Source: Bacteroidia bacterium (GTDB lineage Bacteria > Bacteroidota > Bacteroidia > UBA7662). Taken from it: DNA of 64,000 nt. The stretch spans positions 5,419-69,418 of the forward strand of contig JBKBSO010000008.1 of NCBI GenBank assembly GCA_046291695.1, given 5' to 3'. A program made the position numbers and the translations under genes. Under the pieces are notes generated by a model that was not told the origin of the DNA, did not search any database, and was given only the letters and a program-made list of their open reading frames with translations. Below, piece by piece: positions 20,132 to 32,300 of this stretch; position 1 is the first letter of the stretch; every line of letters starts with the position of its first letter.

Positions 20132-20848
20132 TCAAACCAATTTGGCTCCAAAAACAGAAGCAAAAGCGTCACAGAAGTGCTTTTTAACCTCCTCCATGGA
20201 TATTGGAGCGCCGATTTCGGCAGCCATGGATGCAACTGCCTTATCTTCAATGCCACAGGGCACAATATGACCGAAGTAGCTCAAATCGGTATTAACATTC
20301 AGGGCGATGCCATGCATGGTTACCCAGCGGCTGGTACGTACCCCCATGGCACATATTTTGCGCGCTTTATTTTCGTCATGAGCATCAAGCCAAACCCCGG
20401 TAAAGCCTGTATATCGACCCGCTGCAATACCCCAATGTTTCAGTGTATCGATAACAGCTTCTTCCAGCGAACGCATGTACCAGTGGATATCCGTGCGGAA
20501 TTGCTCCAAATCGAGCATGGGATACACCACCAACTGGCCGGGGCCATGGTAGGTAATGTCGCCCCCCCTGTTGATTTTATAATAGCTTGCTCCAACTGCC
20601 GAAAGCCCATGTTCGTCGAGCAGCAGGTTCTCAGGCTTTCCGCTTTTGCCTAGGGTATACACATGCGGATGTTCAACCAATAGCAACTCATTGAAAATTG
20701 GCCTTTGGGCCTCTTCAGGCAAAGTACGATTCGCTGTTTTGGAGGCAAGTTTTTGAGCAAAATGTGTTTCCTGATAGTCCCAGGCTTGCTGGTAGTCCAT
20801 ACGCCCGAGTTCGATCAACTTCACTGGAATTAAGCTGTTATTCGTCAT
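20132..20848 (-). CDS. lipB: Lipoyl(octanoyl) transferase
   Basis: [39 protein letters not shown]. Confidence 0.98.
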   Translation of the reverse strand: MTNNSLIPVKLIELGRMDYQQAWDYQETHFAQKLASKTANRTLPEEAQRPIFNELLLVEHPHVYTLGKSGKPENLLLDEHGLSAVGASYYKINRGGDITYHGPGQLVVYPMLDLEQFRTDIHWYMRSLEEAVIDTLKHWGIAAGRYTGFTGVWLDAHDENKARKICAMGVRTSRWVTMHGIALNVNTDLSYFGHIVPCGIEDKAVASMAAEIGAPISMEEVKKHFCDAFASVFGAKLV

Positions 20849-22500
20849 TTTGGAGCCACCATTTGCTTGTAAGCATTCATAAGGCCATTGGTAGAACTAT
20901 CGTGTCTGCTAATTGGTTCGTGATGCATCAATTCGGGTAAGATAGCGCTTGCCAGTTGCTTGCCCAGTTCCACGCCCCATTGGTCGAAACTAAAAATGTT
21001 CCAAACCACTCCTTGCACAAAAATTTTATGTTCGTACATGGCCACCAGTGCTCCTAGTGAAAAAGGATCGATTTTACGAATAAGTATAGAATTAGTAGGC
21101 TTGTTTCCTTCAAATACTTTAAAGGGCGTTAGTCGTATACATGCTTCCGTTGATTTTCCGGAGGCACGCAATTCGGCTTCCGCTTCAGCGGCTGTTTTAC
21201 CATTCATTAGGGCCTCGGTTTGGGCAAAGAAATTAGCCAGCAACTTTTGGTGGTGATCGGCGAGTGGATTATGGCTGATGGCCGGCGCAATAAAATCGCA
21301 AGGAATAAGCTGTGTACCCTGATGAATGAGTTGATAAAAGGCGTGTTGCCCATTGGTTCCCGGTTCGCCCCAAATAATAGGCCCAGTGCTGTAATCTACA
21401 CGATTTCCATCGCGATCTACCGATTTGCCATTCGATTCCATATTGCCCTGCTGCATATAGGCCGCAAAGCGATGTAAATACTGGTCATAGGGCAAAATAG
21501 CTTCCGATGCCGCACCAAAAAAATTGGTGTACCAAATGCCTATCATGGCCAGCAGTACCGGCATATTGTTTTCAAATCCTGCTGTCGCAAAATGTCGATC
21601 CATGGCATGGGCCCCATCCAGTAATTGCTCAAAATGATCGAAACCAATTGCCAAACTTATGCTGAGGCCTATTGCCGACCACAAGCTGTAACGCCCCCCT
21701 ACCCAATCCCAAAAAGCAAACATATTATTCGGGTCGATGCCGAATTTCACTACAGCCTCTCGATTGGTAGAGATGGCAACAAAATGTTGGGCAATATGCC
21801 TTTCATCGGCAGCCGACTCCAAAAACCAACTACGCGCGCTGAGCGCATTGGTCATGGTTTCTTGGGTGGTAAAGGTCTTGGAAGCCACCAGAAATAAGGT
21901 TTGTTCCGGATCAAGTCTTTTCAGGCATTCGGCCATATGAGTACCATCGACATTCGATACAAAATGCACGTTCAAATGGTTTTTATAGGCTTTAAGGGCT
22001 TCGGTAACCATCACAGGTCCTAAATCTGAGCCACCAATGCCAATGTTTACCACATCGGTGATTGGTTTGCCGCTGTACCCCTTCCACTGTTTTGAGATCA
22101 CTGCTTCAGAAAATTGCTTCATTTGCGCCAATACCGCATTTACCTCGGGCATCACGTCCTTACCATCCTGATAAATCGGCTTATTACTCCGGTTCCGAAG
22201 TGCAATATGTAAGACCGCACGGTTTTCGGTTTCATTAATGGGTGAACCACGAAACATAGCATCTATGGCTTCTGGTAAATAGCACTCGTCGGCCAACTGC
22301 ATCAACAAGTTCAGGGTGATTTCATTCAAACGATTTTTCGAATAATCGAGTAAAAAATCTTTCCAACGTACCGAAAATCGCTCAAATCGCTGCGGATCGC
22401 TAGCAAATAAATCCCGAAGGTGCAGGTCGGCAAGCTGCTGGTGATGTTTTATGAGTTGTTTCCACGCATTTGTTTGCGTAGGCTTTATTCTGGCAAGCAT
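20845..22500 (-). CDS. pgi: Glucose-6-phosphate isomerase
   Basis: [48 protein letters not shown]; ATG at 22500. Confidence 0.99.
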   Translation of the reverse strand: MLARIKPTQTNAWKQLIKHHQQLADLHLRDLFASDPQRFERFSVRWKDFLLDYSKNRLNEITLNLLMQLADECYLPEAIDAMFRGSPINETENRAVLHIALRNRSNKPIYQDGKDVMPEVNAVLAQMKQFSEAVISKQWKGYSGKPITDVVNIGIGGSDLGPVMVTEALKAYKNHLNVHFVSNVDGTHMAECLKRLDPEQTLFLVASKTFTTQETMTNALSARSWFLESAADERHIAQHFVAISTNREAVVKFGIDPNNMFAFWDWVGGRYSLWSAIGLSISLAIGFDHFEQLLDGAHAMDRHFATAGFENNMPVLLAMIGIWYTNFFGAASEAILPYDQYLHRFAAYMQQGNMESNGKSVDRDGNRVDYSTGPIIWGEPGTNGQHAFYQLIHQGTQLIPCDFIAPAISHNPLADHHQKLLANFFAQTEALMNGKTAAEAEAELRASGKSTEACIRLTPFKVFEGNKPTNSILIRKIDPFSLGALVAMYEHKIFVQGVVWNIFSFDQWGVELGKQLASAILPELMHHEPISRHDSSTNGLMNAYKQMVAPK

Positions 22501-22549
22501 AGGTCGTATTTTGGTAGTCGTGAATTGCAAAGGCTAAAAGTACAACAAT

Positions 22550-22924
22550 ATGGAGACCAAAAATAAGGAAACCGGATTGCTTGGGGAAAGCATGGCCGCA
22601 AAGTTTCTTGAACAAAATGGCTTTCGTGTGATTTCCCAAAACTGGCAATACCGCCAGTGGGAACTCGACCTGGTAGTGCAAAAAGAAGATCTACTCGTAT
22701 TTGTGGAAGTTAAAACCATGGACCGCAGTTTTGACCTCTCTCCAGGTCAAAAAATAGGGAAAAGCAAATATGCTGCACTCGGAAAAGCCGCCGATGCCTG
22801 GCTCAGCCAGCATCCCTTCGAAGGACAAATCCGATTCGATTTGATTTATGTGCTGCTTCAGGCCTTTCCACCCGAAATACAGCATTACTGCGACATCTGG
22901 TATCCGAATAACTGGGGTCGTTGA
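22550..22924 (+). CDS. yraN: YraN (UPF0102) family protein
   Basis: GLLGE.MAA.FL, ELDLV, VFVEVKT, RFDLI. Confidence 0.9.
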   Translation: METKNKETGLLGESMAAKFLEQNGFRVISQNWQYRQWELDLVVQKEDLLVFVEVKTMDRSFDLSPGQKIGKSKYAALGKAADAWLSQHPFEGQIRFDLIYVLLQAFPPEIQHYCDIWYPNNWGR

Positions 22925-22961
22925 ATTTGTGCCGAATTCAACATAAACAGGCCATTTTTTA

Positions 22962-22969
22962 TATCTTTG
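22962..22969 (+). promoter_or_regulatory. Bacteroidota -7 promoter box for prfB
   Basis: TATCTTTG upstream of the ATG at 22977. Confidence 0.6.
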
Positions 22970-22976
22970 CGGCCTT

Positions 22977-24078
22977 ATGAGACTAGAACATTTAGAAGAC
23001 TTGAGAGCGCGACTGAAAGCGCTGAGGAGGTATCTTTGACCTCGATAGCAAACTTGCCTTTATCAAGGATATAGAAGACCGCTCAACCGCCCCGGGATTT
23101 TGGAATGATGCCGATAATGCCGAAAAACTGATGAAATCGGTTAAAATGCCCAAACAGTGGGTGAACATGTTCCAAGAAGTTGAGAGCTCCCTCAATGATT
23201 TAGAAGTGTATTACGAATTTCAGCAGGCAGGTGATCTTCCTGCTGATGAACTTGAAAGCCAATACCAAAAAACCATCAAGTATTTTGAAGAGCTGGAATT
23301 CAAAAATATGCTTCGCAGCGAAGAAGATCAAATGAGCGCCGTGCTTACCATCAATTCAGGCGCCGGAGGAACCGAAAGTCAGGATTGGGCTTCTATGCTC
23401 ATGCGCATGTATATCATGTGGGGCGAAAAAAATGGATATACGGTTAAAGAGCTCGATTTACAAGATGGCGACGAAGCAGGAATCAAGTCGGTAACCTTGC
23501 AATTCGATGGAGATTTCGCATATGGATACCTCAAAAGCGAAAATGGGGTGCACCGCCTGGTGCGCATTTCCCCTTTCGACTCCAACGCCCGCCGTCATAC
23601 TTCCTTTGCATCTGTGTACGCCTATCCACTCATCGACGACACCATTCAAATTGAAATTAACCCGGCCGACATCGAAATACAAACATCCCGATCAGGTGGT
23701 GCAGGTGGACAAAACGTAAACAAGGTGGAAACCAAAGTCCAGCTGTTTCACAAACCTACCGGCATCATGATTCAATGTCAGATCGAACGCTCACAGCAAG
23801 CCAACCGCGAACATGCCATGCAAATGCTGCGGTCGCAACTGTACGAACTTGAATTGCGCAAACGTAATGAAGCCCGCGACGCCATCGAGGCCAGCAAGAA
23901 AAAAATTGAATGGGGCTCGCAAATCCGCTCTTATGTATTGCACCCCTACAAGTTAATTAAAGATGTAAGAACAAACCACGAAACCTCTAATGTTCAGGCT
24001 GTTTTGGATGGAGAACTTGATGAATTTATCAAGGCATTTCTGATGGAACAGCAGGAAAGCACCATCGATAAGTCTTAA
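22977..24078 (+). CDS. prfB: Peptide chain release factor 2, translated through a programmed +1 frameshift
   Basis: ATG 22977 to CTT-TGA-C at 23034-23040, then the +1 frame joins the ORF containing SPF and GGQ. Confidence 0.97.
23025..23040 (+). other. prfB +1 frameshift signal
   Basis: AGGAGG-TAT-CTT-TGA-C: internal SD-like sequence, slippery CTT-T and a weak UGA-C stop. Confidence 0.95.
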
Positions 24079-24100
24079 GCTTTTCCAATGAAGTACAAGC

Positions 24101-24130
24101 GAGGGAAGCAAAAGCTTCCCTTTGTTGTTT
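24101..24130 (+). terminator. Intrinsic terminator after prfB
   Basis: AGGGAAGC-AAAA-GCTTCCCT followed by TTGTTGTTT. Confidence 0.7.
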
Positions 24131-24152
24131 ATACTTGTATAAAGAAATAAAC

Positions 24153-25577
24153 ATGACTCAGGCAACCATACAAATCGAAGATATAGCGCTTGAAGAAGTT
24201 TTTGCTGCTCAACAGAAACAGGCCTTGCAATGGCGAACAAGTACAGCGGCACAACGTATACAGCTGCTTAAAGCCCTTAAAACAGAAGTGGAACAACATG
24301 AAGACGCATTAATTCATGCCCTGTATGCTGATTTTAAAAAACCAGCTGAGGAAGTCAAACTCACGGAATTGGCACCTTTTTACATGGAAATCAACCATAC
24401 CATAAAGCATCTTCACCGCTGGATGAAACCCAAAGCGGTAGCCAACCACTTTCCTTTTTTGCTCGGTAAATCGCAAATTCAATATCAAGCCAAAGGCAAC
24501 GTGCTCGTAATCGCCCCTTGGAATTACCCCTTTCAACTGAGCATGAACCCCTTGGTAACGGCCATAGCAGCCGGTAATACGGTGATGCTTAAACCCTCCG
24601 AATTCACGCCAAATACCAGCAAATTGATCGCAGAGATCATCCACAAAGTCTTTGATCCGGCTCAAGTCCGGGTATATTTAGGCGATGCCGAAATGTCGAA
24701 ACGACTGCTCAAACTGCCCTTTAACCACATCTTTTTTACTGGTAGCCCCGCTGTAGGACGCGAGGTGATGCGGGCTGCCGCTACCCATTTGGCAGACATC
24801 ACACTCGAGTTAGGTGGCAAATCGCCCGTGTTTATCGACGAATCGGCCGATTTGCTAAGCACAGCCGAAAAACTGGTATGGGGTAAGCTGCTCAATGGCG
24901 GACAAACCTGCATCGCCCCCGATTATGTACTTGTCAACGATGCCATGATCCCAGCCCTTACCGACGCACTTAAAACAGCTATAAACACCCAGTATGGCAC
25001 TACCAACCTCAACCAGCAACAAGCCGCCGTTATCAGTCTACGTCATTACCAACGCCTAAAAAGCCTGCTACATGAAGCCCTCGAACAAGGTGCTCAACTG
25101 GTTACCGGCGGCCAATTCGACGACGAAACCCTTCGTATAGCACCAACCATCATCAGTGGCGTAAACGACCAAATGCGCATTATGCATGAGGAAATTTTTG
25201 GCCCCATCCTGCCTGTAGTAGGCGTAAAACACAGTCAGGAAGCAGTGCACTACATCAACGATCATCCCAAACCCCTCGCACTTTACATATTTAGTAGAAA
25301 CGATTATAAAAACCGCCAAATTTTAGCCCAAACCAGCTCCGGTGGAAGTTGTATAAACGACTTGGTTGTACACATTACCAATCCAGACCTGCCTTTTGGA
25401 GGAATTAATCAAAGCGGTATTGGACATTATCATGGCGAAGCGGGCTTCCGTACCTTTTCACATAGCCGCTCGGTTTTTTCACAATTTAACTGGTTCAATA
25501 TCAATCGATTCATTTATCCCCCCTACACCCCTACTAAGTCAAAACTTATCGCATGGCTGTTGAAAATCATCAAGTAA
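24153..25577 (+). CDS. Aldehyde dehydrogenase (class 3 / coniferyl-ALDH-like)
   Basis: PWNYP, KPSE, FTGS, LELGGKSP, NGGQTCIAPDY, EEIFGP, PFGG. Confidence 0.93.
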   Translation: MTQATIQIEDIALEEVFAAQQKQALQWRTSTAAQRIQLLKALKTEVEQHEDALIHALYADFKKPAEEVKLTELAPFYMEINHTIKHLHRWMKPKAVANHFPFLLGKSQIQYQAKGNVLVIAPWNYPFQLSMNPLVTAIAAGNTVMLKPSEFTPNTSKLIAEIIHKVFDPAQVRVYLGDAEMSKRLLKLPFNHIFFTGSPAVGREVMRAAATHLADITLELGGKSPVFIDESADLLSTAEKLVWGKLLNGGQTCIAPDYVLVNDAMIPALTDALKTAINTQYGTTNLNQQQAAVISLRHYQRLKSLLHEALEQGAQLVTGGQFDDETLRIAPTIISGVNDQMRIMHEEIFGPILPVVGVKHSQEAVHYINDHPKPLALYIFSRNDYKNRQILAQTSSGGSCINDLVVHITNPDLPFGGINQSGIGHYHGEAGFRTFSHSRSVFSQFNWFNINRFIYPPYTPTKSKLIAWLLKIIK

Positions 25578-25909
25578 GCCCCCTTACCTGGCATGAATTC
25601 GAGCGTGTAAAAATGTACGTAGGAACCATAGTTCTCGCACAGGAATTCCCCGCTGCACGAAAACCGGCCTATCAGCTCACCATCGACTTCGGCCCACTCG
25701 GAATACGAAAATCATCAGCGCAAATCACCCAAATGTATCAAACCCAAGAACTCATTGGCAGCAAGGTCATTGCCGTGCTTAATTTCCCGCCAAAGCAAAT
25801 TGCCAATTTTATTTCTGAATGCCTGGTGCTCGGCAGCACCAATCAACTCGGCCAAGTGCGCTTGCTCCGACCTGATGAAGGCGCTCAAAATGGCGAACGT
25901 ATTTCCTGA
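25553..25909 (+). CDS. csaA: CsaA tRNA-binding / secretion chaperone
   Basis: PAYQLTIDFG, SSAQIT, NFPPKQIA, SECLVLG. Confidence 0.92.
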   Translation: MAVENHQVSPLTWHEFERVKMYVGTIVLAQEFPAARKPAYQLTIDFGPLGIRKSSAQITQMYQTQELIGSKVIAVLNFPPKQIANFISECLVLGSTNQLGQVRLLRPDEGAQNGERIS

Positions 25910-28900
25910 CTAAAACACCAAGCGGGCTTGCACCCTTCCCGAATGTACAGTTGACGCATTGGCCGCTGCCCTGCCATCATAGGTTAAGTTTAATTGCAAA
26001 TTGCTCGATAGTTTCCTAAATAAACTTACAGACCAAAGCTGATTACTACCTGGCAATAAGCCTTGTAACATTTCAAAGCCTGCGGGACTATTGACGTCGC
26101 CTTCAAAGCGGTTATTTACATTTGATAGGGTAATGCGTACCGAGCTACTGGCTAACAAATTATAGTTCAATTCAGCGCCCAATTCATGTATGATTACCGT
26201 TTCGGGTGGACCAGGAAACACATCCGCTGCACGTTGGTTGCGCTTATCACGAAAAGCATACTTGATACCCGCTCGTAATTTTTCAGTTGCTGTCCAGTTA
26301 AGTGATGGCTCCCATTCATACTGCCGTATATGGTAATTCCTTACCACAAATAAGTCGGCACTCAATACCCGTTGTCCACTTTGCAGCAATTGCTCATAAT
26401 TCAATCGTTTTAATAAGTTCCAACGCAAACGAATATTCCGATCAATGCTTTCCCGCGTTTCAGTACCATTGGCCAATAAATTACGCTGCAAATTGCGTTG
26501 ATATCCCATATCCAAACCAAACTTAGGATTATTACGGTCGAAAAAGAGGGTATTTCTGATGTTGCCCGTAGCCGATACCAAGGAGGTATCTGCGAGCTGT
26601 AAATTAAAGGGATTCAGATAAGAAACCGGATTATCGCCCTGATTTCGGCGTTCTACTGAAAAGGCCGTAAGGTTACTCAATCGGCCAAGGAAATGTTTTG
26701 GACGTAATAAACGCCCTGGATTTAACTGTAAAGTTTGATTAAACCTGTTCGAAAATGTGGGTACAAATTGATTGCCGGGAATAAACACCTTAATGTAATT
26801 GGCTTGGTCAGAGAAAAAAGCAAGTTCAAACTCATCAATTTCTTGCACACCATTGCCATTATAATCCACCCAAATATAGTTCCCTTGACCGCGTGGCACC
26901 TCTAAAAAGGCAATTTCACGTCTCAGTTCCTGCCCTTGTGCAAATGAATAAAAGCTGCTGCTGCTGATGGCTTTCTTCAAAAAACTACCGTTATACTCCA
27001 ATTGACCAAGGTAATTTTGCTCACGTCGGGCATCTTGTTCTGGCGTATCATACAAATCAAGCAAACGATAGGTGGCCGTAAGTTTCAACAAATGATCTTC
27101 CCACCGATTTATCTCGGTGGCGAGGGTGTAATTATGTCCGGTTTGCAGCCCTTGAAGGGCGGTAACTTGACCAAATGGTAACAAATCGTCGCGGTAGGTG
27201 TAACGCAGGCTGATTTTATCGAACAAAGGCGTCTGGTAACTTACAAACAAGTTCACAATGTCGAAGCGAAAACTGTTGATTGCCAAGGTATCGGTGCTTG
27301 GTACAAATACCAGATTATCTTCAAGCTCATATCCCGCGCCCGCTTCAAATGCACCAAATTTGCGGCTCAGATCGGCCTTGACGCGGGTATAGTCGCCCTC
27401 AAAAAAATCGGACGACGTACTGAGCACATCGTAGGCAATAGCTGCCTTGGTATGTTTGTTCTGCCAATTCCCCATCAAACGCTGGCGGTTTCCGGTATAA
27501 TTTTCGGCAATGCTATAATTGGTAAACTGGTAAACAATACGTGCCGAATCCCGAAATCTTAAACCAAGACGCAGACTGCTTATTTGCTCATCATCTTCGG
27601 CATAGATGGCCGGCAAGTTCCAATCGCGGGCAAATTCCATATTCCGATACGGTTGCACGACCCTAAAATTGGCATCAAGCCGTTCAAAATCGGCACCGGC
27701 TATCAAGTAAAGCTGTTTGTTCTCTAACACGGGGCGTTCGGTTTCGTATCGGGCTTTAAGTGCATAGCCACGGTTATTGTCATTATCCAAATCACTGTAC
27801 AGGTTCCTGTCATTAACCGATTGTGCAGCTTCTACTTCCAGCCGACTATAAGTATCCGGACGATACCGGAAACTTGCAGTACTCATTTGCAGCTTGTTGG
27901 GAGCTTGCAAACGTACTACCGGGGCATGTGTGCCCTTGCGAATGGTATCACCATTAACAACATCAGGGGCCAACCATTCAAATACCCTGCCATTGGCTGT
28001 GCTTACGGCAGGCACATAATCGCCTCTACCCTGGCCTACCAAACTAAAACTCACCGCAAAATTGGCCGAATCAGGATTAATGCTGTACACATAAACCGGA
28101 AAAAAGCCCAACGAATCTACTTGCTTGTAGCGCACCTGCCGTCCATCGAATGGCGCTTGAACCGCCGCCGGAAAAAAGGCATTATTCACCGAATCGCCCA
28201 ATCCACTCAAAAAACGCTTCTGATCGTCGTTCAAATCCTGAAAAAGCGGTTGGTTCCTACTGTCTCCTTCACGATAAGTATGAAAGCGTACATCCCATTT
28301 TTCTTGCTCATAGGTGGCGTTGTAATACACAATGCTCCTCACAAAGGCTTGGTTGGCATATTCAAACTCGGCAATGATACGGCTTTGGTTTGTGATGATT
28401 CGGTTTGGCGTAAAACTTAGATCAGCCGTATTGTAATCAATTACATAATCGTATTGTTCTCCCCTTTTTAAAAGCTCTCCATCTATGTAAATGCGCTCTG
28501 ATCCTGCCAAAATCACAATAAACTCAGCCGGATTATTCCCTGTAAGACGGTAAGGCCCCTGATTGCCTTCCCGTCCCATGAACACCTTCCTCCCAAACTG
28601 ACCCCGAGCCGCTGATGCACTTAAGGTTTGTTTGAGCATTCCCTTTCCTAACCGCTCGCTTTTAGTATCTACTCTACCTCCTTTTACATTTTTAAAGAAA
28701 TTCAAAAAGTAGGCGTCCGGCCGATTCAAATCATAGTCACCCACAATCAAGCTATGGCGTCGACTCCTGAGCTGCACAAATACCCGATCAAAATCCTGAA
28801 GCTGTTGCGTAAAACCGTCGGGCTGAAAAGGCAGGTTATTGTCGGTCATGCTGGCGAGTATTTCTACCGAATCGGTGAGTTGCCCAGATAATTGCAGGTT

Positions 28901-29392
28901 AAACCCCGAGTTCAGCACCAAATCCTGGTTGTTTCCCAATCCCAATCCACGCGAAATACTTCCCTGCTTGTCGAGCTGCCGGAAATCAAAAAGATTATCA
29001 GCCGACTGTTCCACTGGCATCACATTAAATGGGTTTTCACGAGCAAAGCGTATATCTGTACTCAACCGGGGATCCTTTTGCCAACGGGGACGACTAAAAT
29101 CGTATTGCAAAACACGATACTCAAAAAGGAATTGTTTACCAGCAAAATCACCGCTTCTGATGCTATTCGGTGGCACAAAAAGACTATCGGGCCACAGTTG
29201 CCAATAGCCACTTTGATTTTTAAATCGTATGCTTCCGGGAGCAATCATCATCGAATCGAGCTGCTGAAGGCTGTCGCTCAGGCTTAGGCTAATTTGACGT
29301 AAGCTGCCCGATTGCTGTGCCAGCAACTGCCTACTGAGGCTAATCATCAGGATACTTCCAAAAATGCAGGCAAAAAGCGCTACTCTCATCAA
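25910..29392 (-). CDS. Large uncharacterised outer-membrane protein (1160 aa)
   Basis: Signal peptide, PFQPDG..QQLQDFDRVF, GPYRL, GSERIYIDG..DYVIDYN, amphipathic strands, terminal Phe. Confidence 0.65.
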   Translation of the reverse strand: MMRVALFACIFGSILMISLSRQLLAQQSGSLRQISLSLSDSLQQLDSMMIAPGSIRFKNQSGYWQLWPDSLFVPPNSIRSGDFAGKQFLFEYRVLQYDFSRPRWQKDPRLSTDIRFARENPFNVMPVEQSADNLFDFRQLDKQGSISRGLGLGNNQDLVLNSGFNLQLSGQLTDSVEILASMTDNNLPFQPDGFTQQLQDFDRVFVQLRSRRHSLIVGDYDLNRPDAYFLNFFKNVKGGRVDTKSERLGKGMLKQTLSASAARGQFGRKVFMGREGNQGPYRLTGNNPAEFIVILAGSERIYIDGELLKRGEQYDYVIDYNTADLSFTPNRIITNQSRIIAEFEYANQAFVRSIVYYNATYEQEKWDVRFHTYREGDSRNQPLFQDLNDDQKRFLSGLGDSVNNAFFPAAVQAPFDGRQVRYKQVDSLGFFPVYVYSINPDSANFAVSFSLVGQGRGDYVPAVSTANGRVFEWLAPDVVNGDTIRKGTHAPVVRLQAPNKLQMSTASFRYRPDTYSRLEVEAAQSVNDRNLYSDLDNDNNRGYALKARYETERPVLENKQLYLIAGADFERLDANFRVVQPYRNMEFARDWNLPAIYAEDDEQISSLRLGLRFRDSARIVYQFTNYSIAENYTGNRQRLMGNWQNKHTKAAIAYDVLSTSSDFFEGDYTRVKADLSRKFGAFEAGAGYELEDNLVFVPSTDTLAINSFRFDIVNLFVSYQTPLFDKISLRYTYRDDLLPFGQVTALQGLQTGHNYTLATEINRWEDHLLKLTATYRLLDLYDTPEQDARREQNYLGQLEYNGSFLKKAISSSSFYSFAQGQELRREIAFLEVPRGQGNYIWVDYNGNGVQEIDEFELAFFSDQANYIKVFIPGNQFVPTFSNRFNQTLQLNPGRLLRPKHFLGRLSNLTAFSVERRNQGDNPVSYLNPFNLQLADTSLVSATGNIRNTLFFDRNNPKFGLDMGYQRNLQRNLLANGTETRESIDRNIRLRWNLLKRLNYEQLLQSGQRVLSADLFVVRNYHIRQYEWEPSLNWTATEKLRAGIKYAFRDKRNQRAADVFPGPPETVIIHELGAELNYNLLASSSVRITLSNVNNRFEGDVNSPAGFEMLQGLLPGSNQLWSVSLFRKLSSNLQLNLTYDGRAAANASTVHSGRVQARLVF

Positions 29393-32300
29393 TCCGCTTG
29401 CTCGTGGTACACGGGGAAACGAACATAAAAACGCGTACCTACGCCTTCTGTTGTTTCAAAGCCAATGATTCCGGCATTCTGTTCCATTATTTTGCGCACA
29501 ATCGCTAAGCCTAACCCCATTCCCGAGCTCTTGGTTGTGAAGTTAGGCTGGAAAATTTTTTCGCGGTTTTCCGGCAAGATTCCACTACCATTATCTGTTA
29601 CATCGACACCATAAAACTTTTCGTAACGATAAAGTTTAATCCTTATTTCAGCTTCGCGCTCCTCCGGAACCGATTGTAAAGCATTTTTTATGAGATTTTG
29701 AAAAACCCGTTGCACTTGCAGAGCATCAGCATAAACCAAACAAGGGGTATTTCCGGGAGCTGTAGCCAACAGCTGTTTCTCAGGAGAAGCTTCGTCTAAA
29801 CAAAGCAAATCGTCAATAAACTGAATGGTTTGTTGTTGGGCAAACAAACCCATTACCGAGTGGAGGTTTTCCCGTAAATCAAACACAGTTTTTTCACCAA
29901 CCTGCACCTGAGCGAAACTACTAAACTCTCCCGCAACAGCCGCCAGTACATCTATTTGCTCGAGTACCAAGCCCGTTTCATCTTTGAATCGGGTTTCAAA
30001 TCGTTCCGGATTTTCGTTAAAATCGCGAAGCATGCGTTGCAATTTTAGCTTCATTGGTGTAAGCGGATTTCGGATTTCATGGGCAATTTGACGTGCCATT
30101 TCGCGCCATGCCGACTCCCGCTCCGAACGCGCCAATAAGCGTGCACTCTGGTCAAGCTCCTGCAACATCTCGTTGTAACTACTAATGAGCAAACCAATTT
30201 CATCTTCACGCTTCCAATTAGGCATCTGATCGCGCATTCCTCCCTTGGTACGCATAATCACCCCAGTAATGAGTTGTATGGGCGAAGTGATTCGCTCGGC
30301 AAGCCAGAAAACTAAAAATCCGGCTACCAACAACATCACCAGATAGATGCTAATCAGATTGCCGATGAAGGTATTTAATTCTGATTTTTCGGTCAGATCT
30401 TTATCAAAAGCCGGCATATTCACAATCCCCATCAAGTCCGATCGGCTGTCGCGCAAAGGAAGGTAAACCGACTGAAAATGAAAATCGCCCAAGTGTTCCG
30501 ACTGTAGAAAAACAGTACGCTGCAAGCCTGCAAGTTGGTAAAAAGCATTGGGGTGGGCATATTCCCCCAATAACTCTTGCTCATACAATTTTCCTTGTGA
30601 GCTAAATAGGAGCTTACCCTGGAGATCATATAAACTAAAATCGGCTTCAAGTCGGGTCGCAATTTGATTCAGCTCCAGCCGCTGATTCGCATCAATGCGT
30701 AAGCCGCCACTTCTCAATCGAAACATCGATTCTACCGCAGCTTGTATGTCTTGCAACCTGTTGGTGATGAGCTCTTCGGTATTCGCCTTACTCCGAATCA
30801 CGGAATAAGTAACCGTGATATAGCCAATGACCAACATGATAATAAATACCGAACCTATAAGCGCTACTTCGATTCGATTTCGATAGCTTAAATGCGTGAA
30901 CCCTTTCCAACTGCTCCCCTTGCTCACAAAACGATTCGCAATTAACAGCAAGCCTATCGAAAACAACAACAAACCAGATGCTGCAGCCAAGGTCCTTAGC
31001 CATCCACCCGACACAAAACTTACCACCACGGTACTGGCATTATCCGGCCGGTAAATCAAGTGCGAAAGACCATCGATTTGCATTTGCGCAAAATCTCCTG
31101 GAAGTTGCCGCCAAATATCATCGTTGAGCTGATACGGATAACGACCAGCCTGCTGAATTAGCCGACTATCCTCATAAAGCGCAAAAGAAAAGCTGCTGAA
31201 TGTTTCTCGCTTAACCAAATCACCCTCTAACAGTAAATTCGGTAAGGGGCTGTCGGGTTTAAGCGATTTTTGAACAATTCGCAACGTAAGTGTATCTACA
31301 CGACCCAAATCCGATAAAAAGGGCAAACGCAAACTGTAACCTTGTCGGGCATTTTGCTTAAACTGCCGCAACATACTAAATCTGTTCAACTGCTCTAACT
31401 CATCACGTATTGGCTGAAAATCGGTCGTATCGAATTGAATACCTACTTTGAGTTGCAAATCCGACAAAGCATATTTATCCAGATAACCCTTAAAATAATC
31501 ATACACCAGCCGTTTATTCAATAAACTCAGGTCTTCGTTATCTGCACCATAACTGGTGAGTGCCGGTTCTTGCTGGATTTTGGGGATTAAATCCAGCAGC
31601 AGATAAATAGCCGTCGCATCATTGGGTGAATAAATTTTTTGTGCCGTATAGCGGGCCATTTCTATTTGCTTGCGATATAAGGCTTCGCTCACCTGATAAC
31701 CCACAAACATGCTCCAGCAACTCAGCAACACTAAAAAAGTATGTTTGAATCGCAAATTTAGCAGCCTTATTGCAAGTATAATCAGCCCCAAGAATACCCA
31801 CCACAAACGATATTGACTGAGCCATACGCGTTCACCGGTAAGACTAAAAACCCAAATCACAAATAGCATGATCAACAGGTAAATTACTAACAGGTGCCAG
31901 CTTTTTATATTTCGCCAAACGTATTTGTAGAGTAGATAAAAGTGAGCTGCATTAATACTGATAAGCAATAGATAAGTGGCAAAAGCCAAATAAGTGTAGC
32001 CGTTGTAATCGAAAAGCTTTTCAAGGCCTAATGGTATGTTGCTGCTAAATACCAAATCACGGCTAATGAGCAGGGAGACCAGAAAAAACAATACACCAAG
32101 CATACTAACCAACCATACAAACAACCAGTTTTTATACCTCCAGCCTATTTTGAGTAGGGCGATATGGTAAAGATGTCTGTAGCGAAATCCAAACAACAAA
32201 ATCAATGCAATGCCCAACAAATGCATGAGTAAATCACCAAAGGAAGGCAACAGCCAGTGTGAGGCAAATATATTGGGGTCGAATCCTTCAAGCGCGCTCA

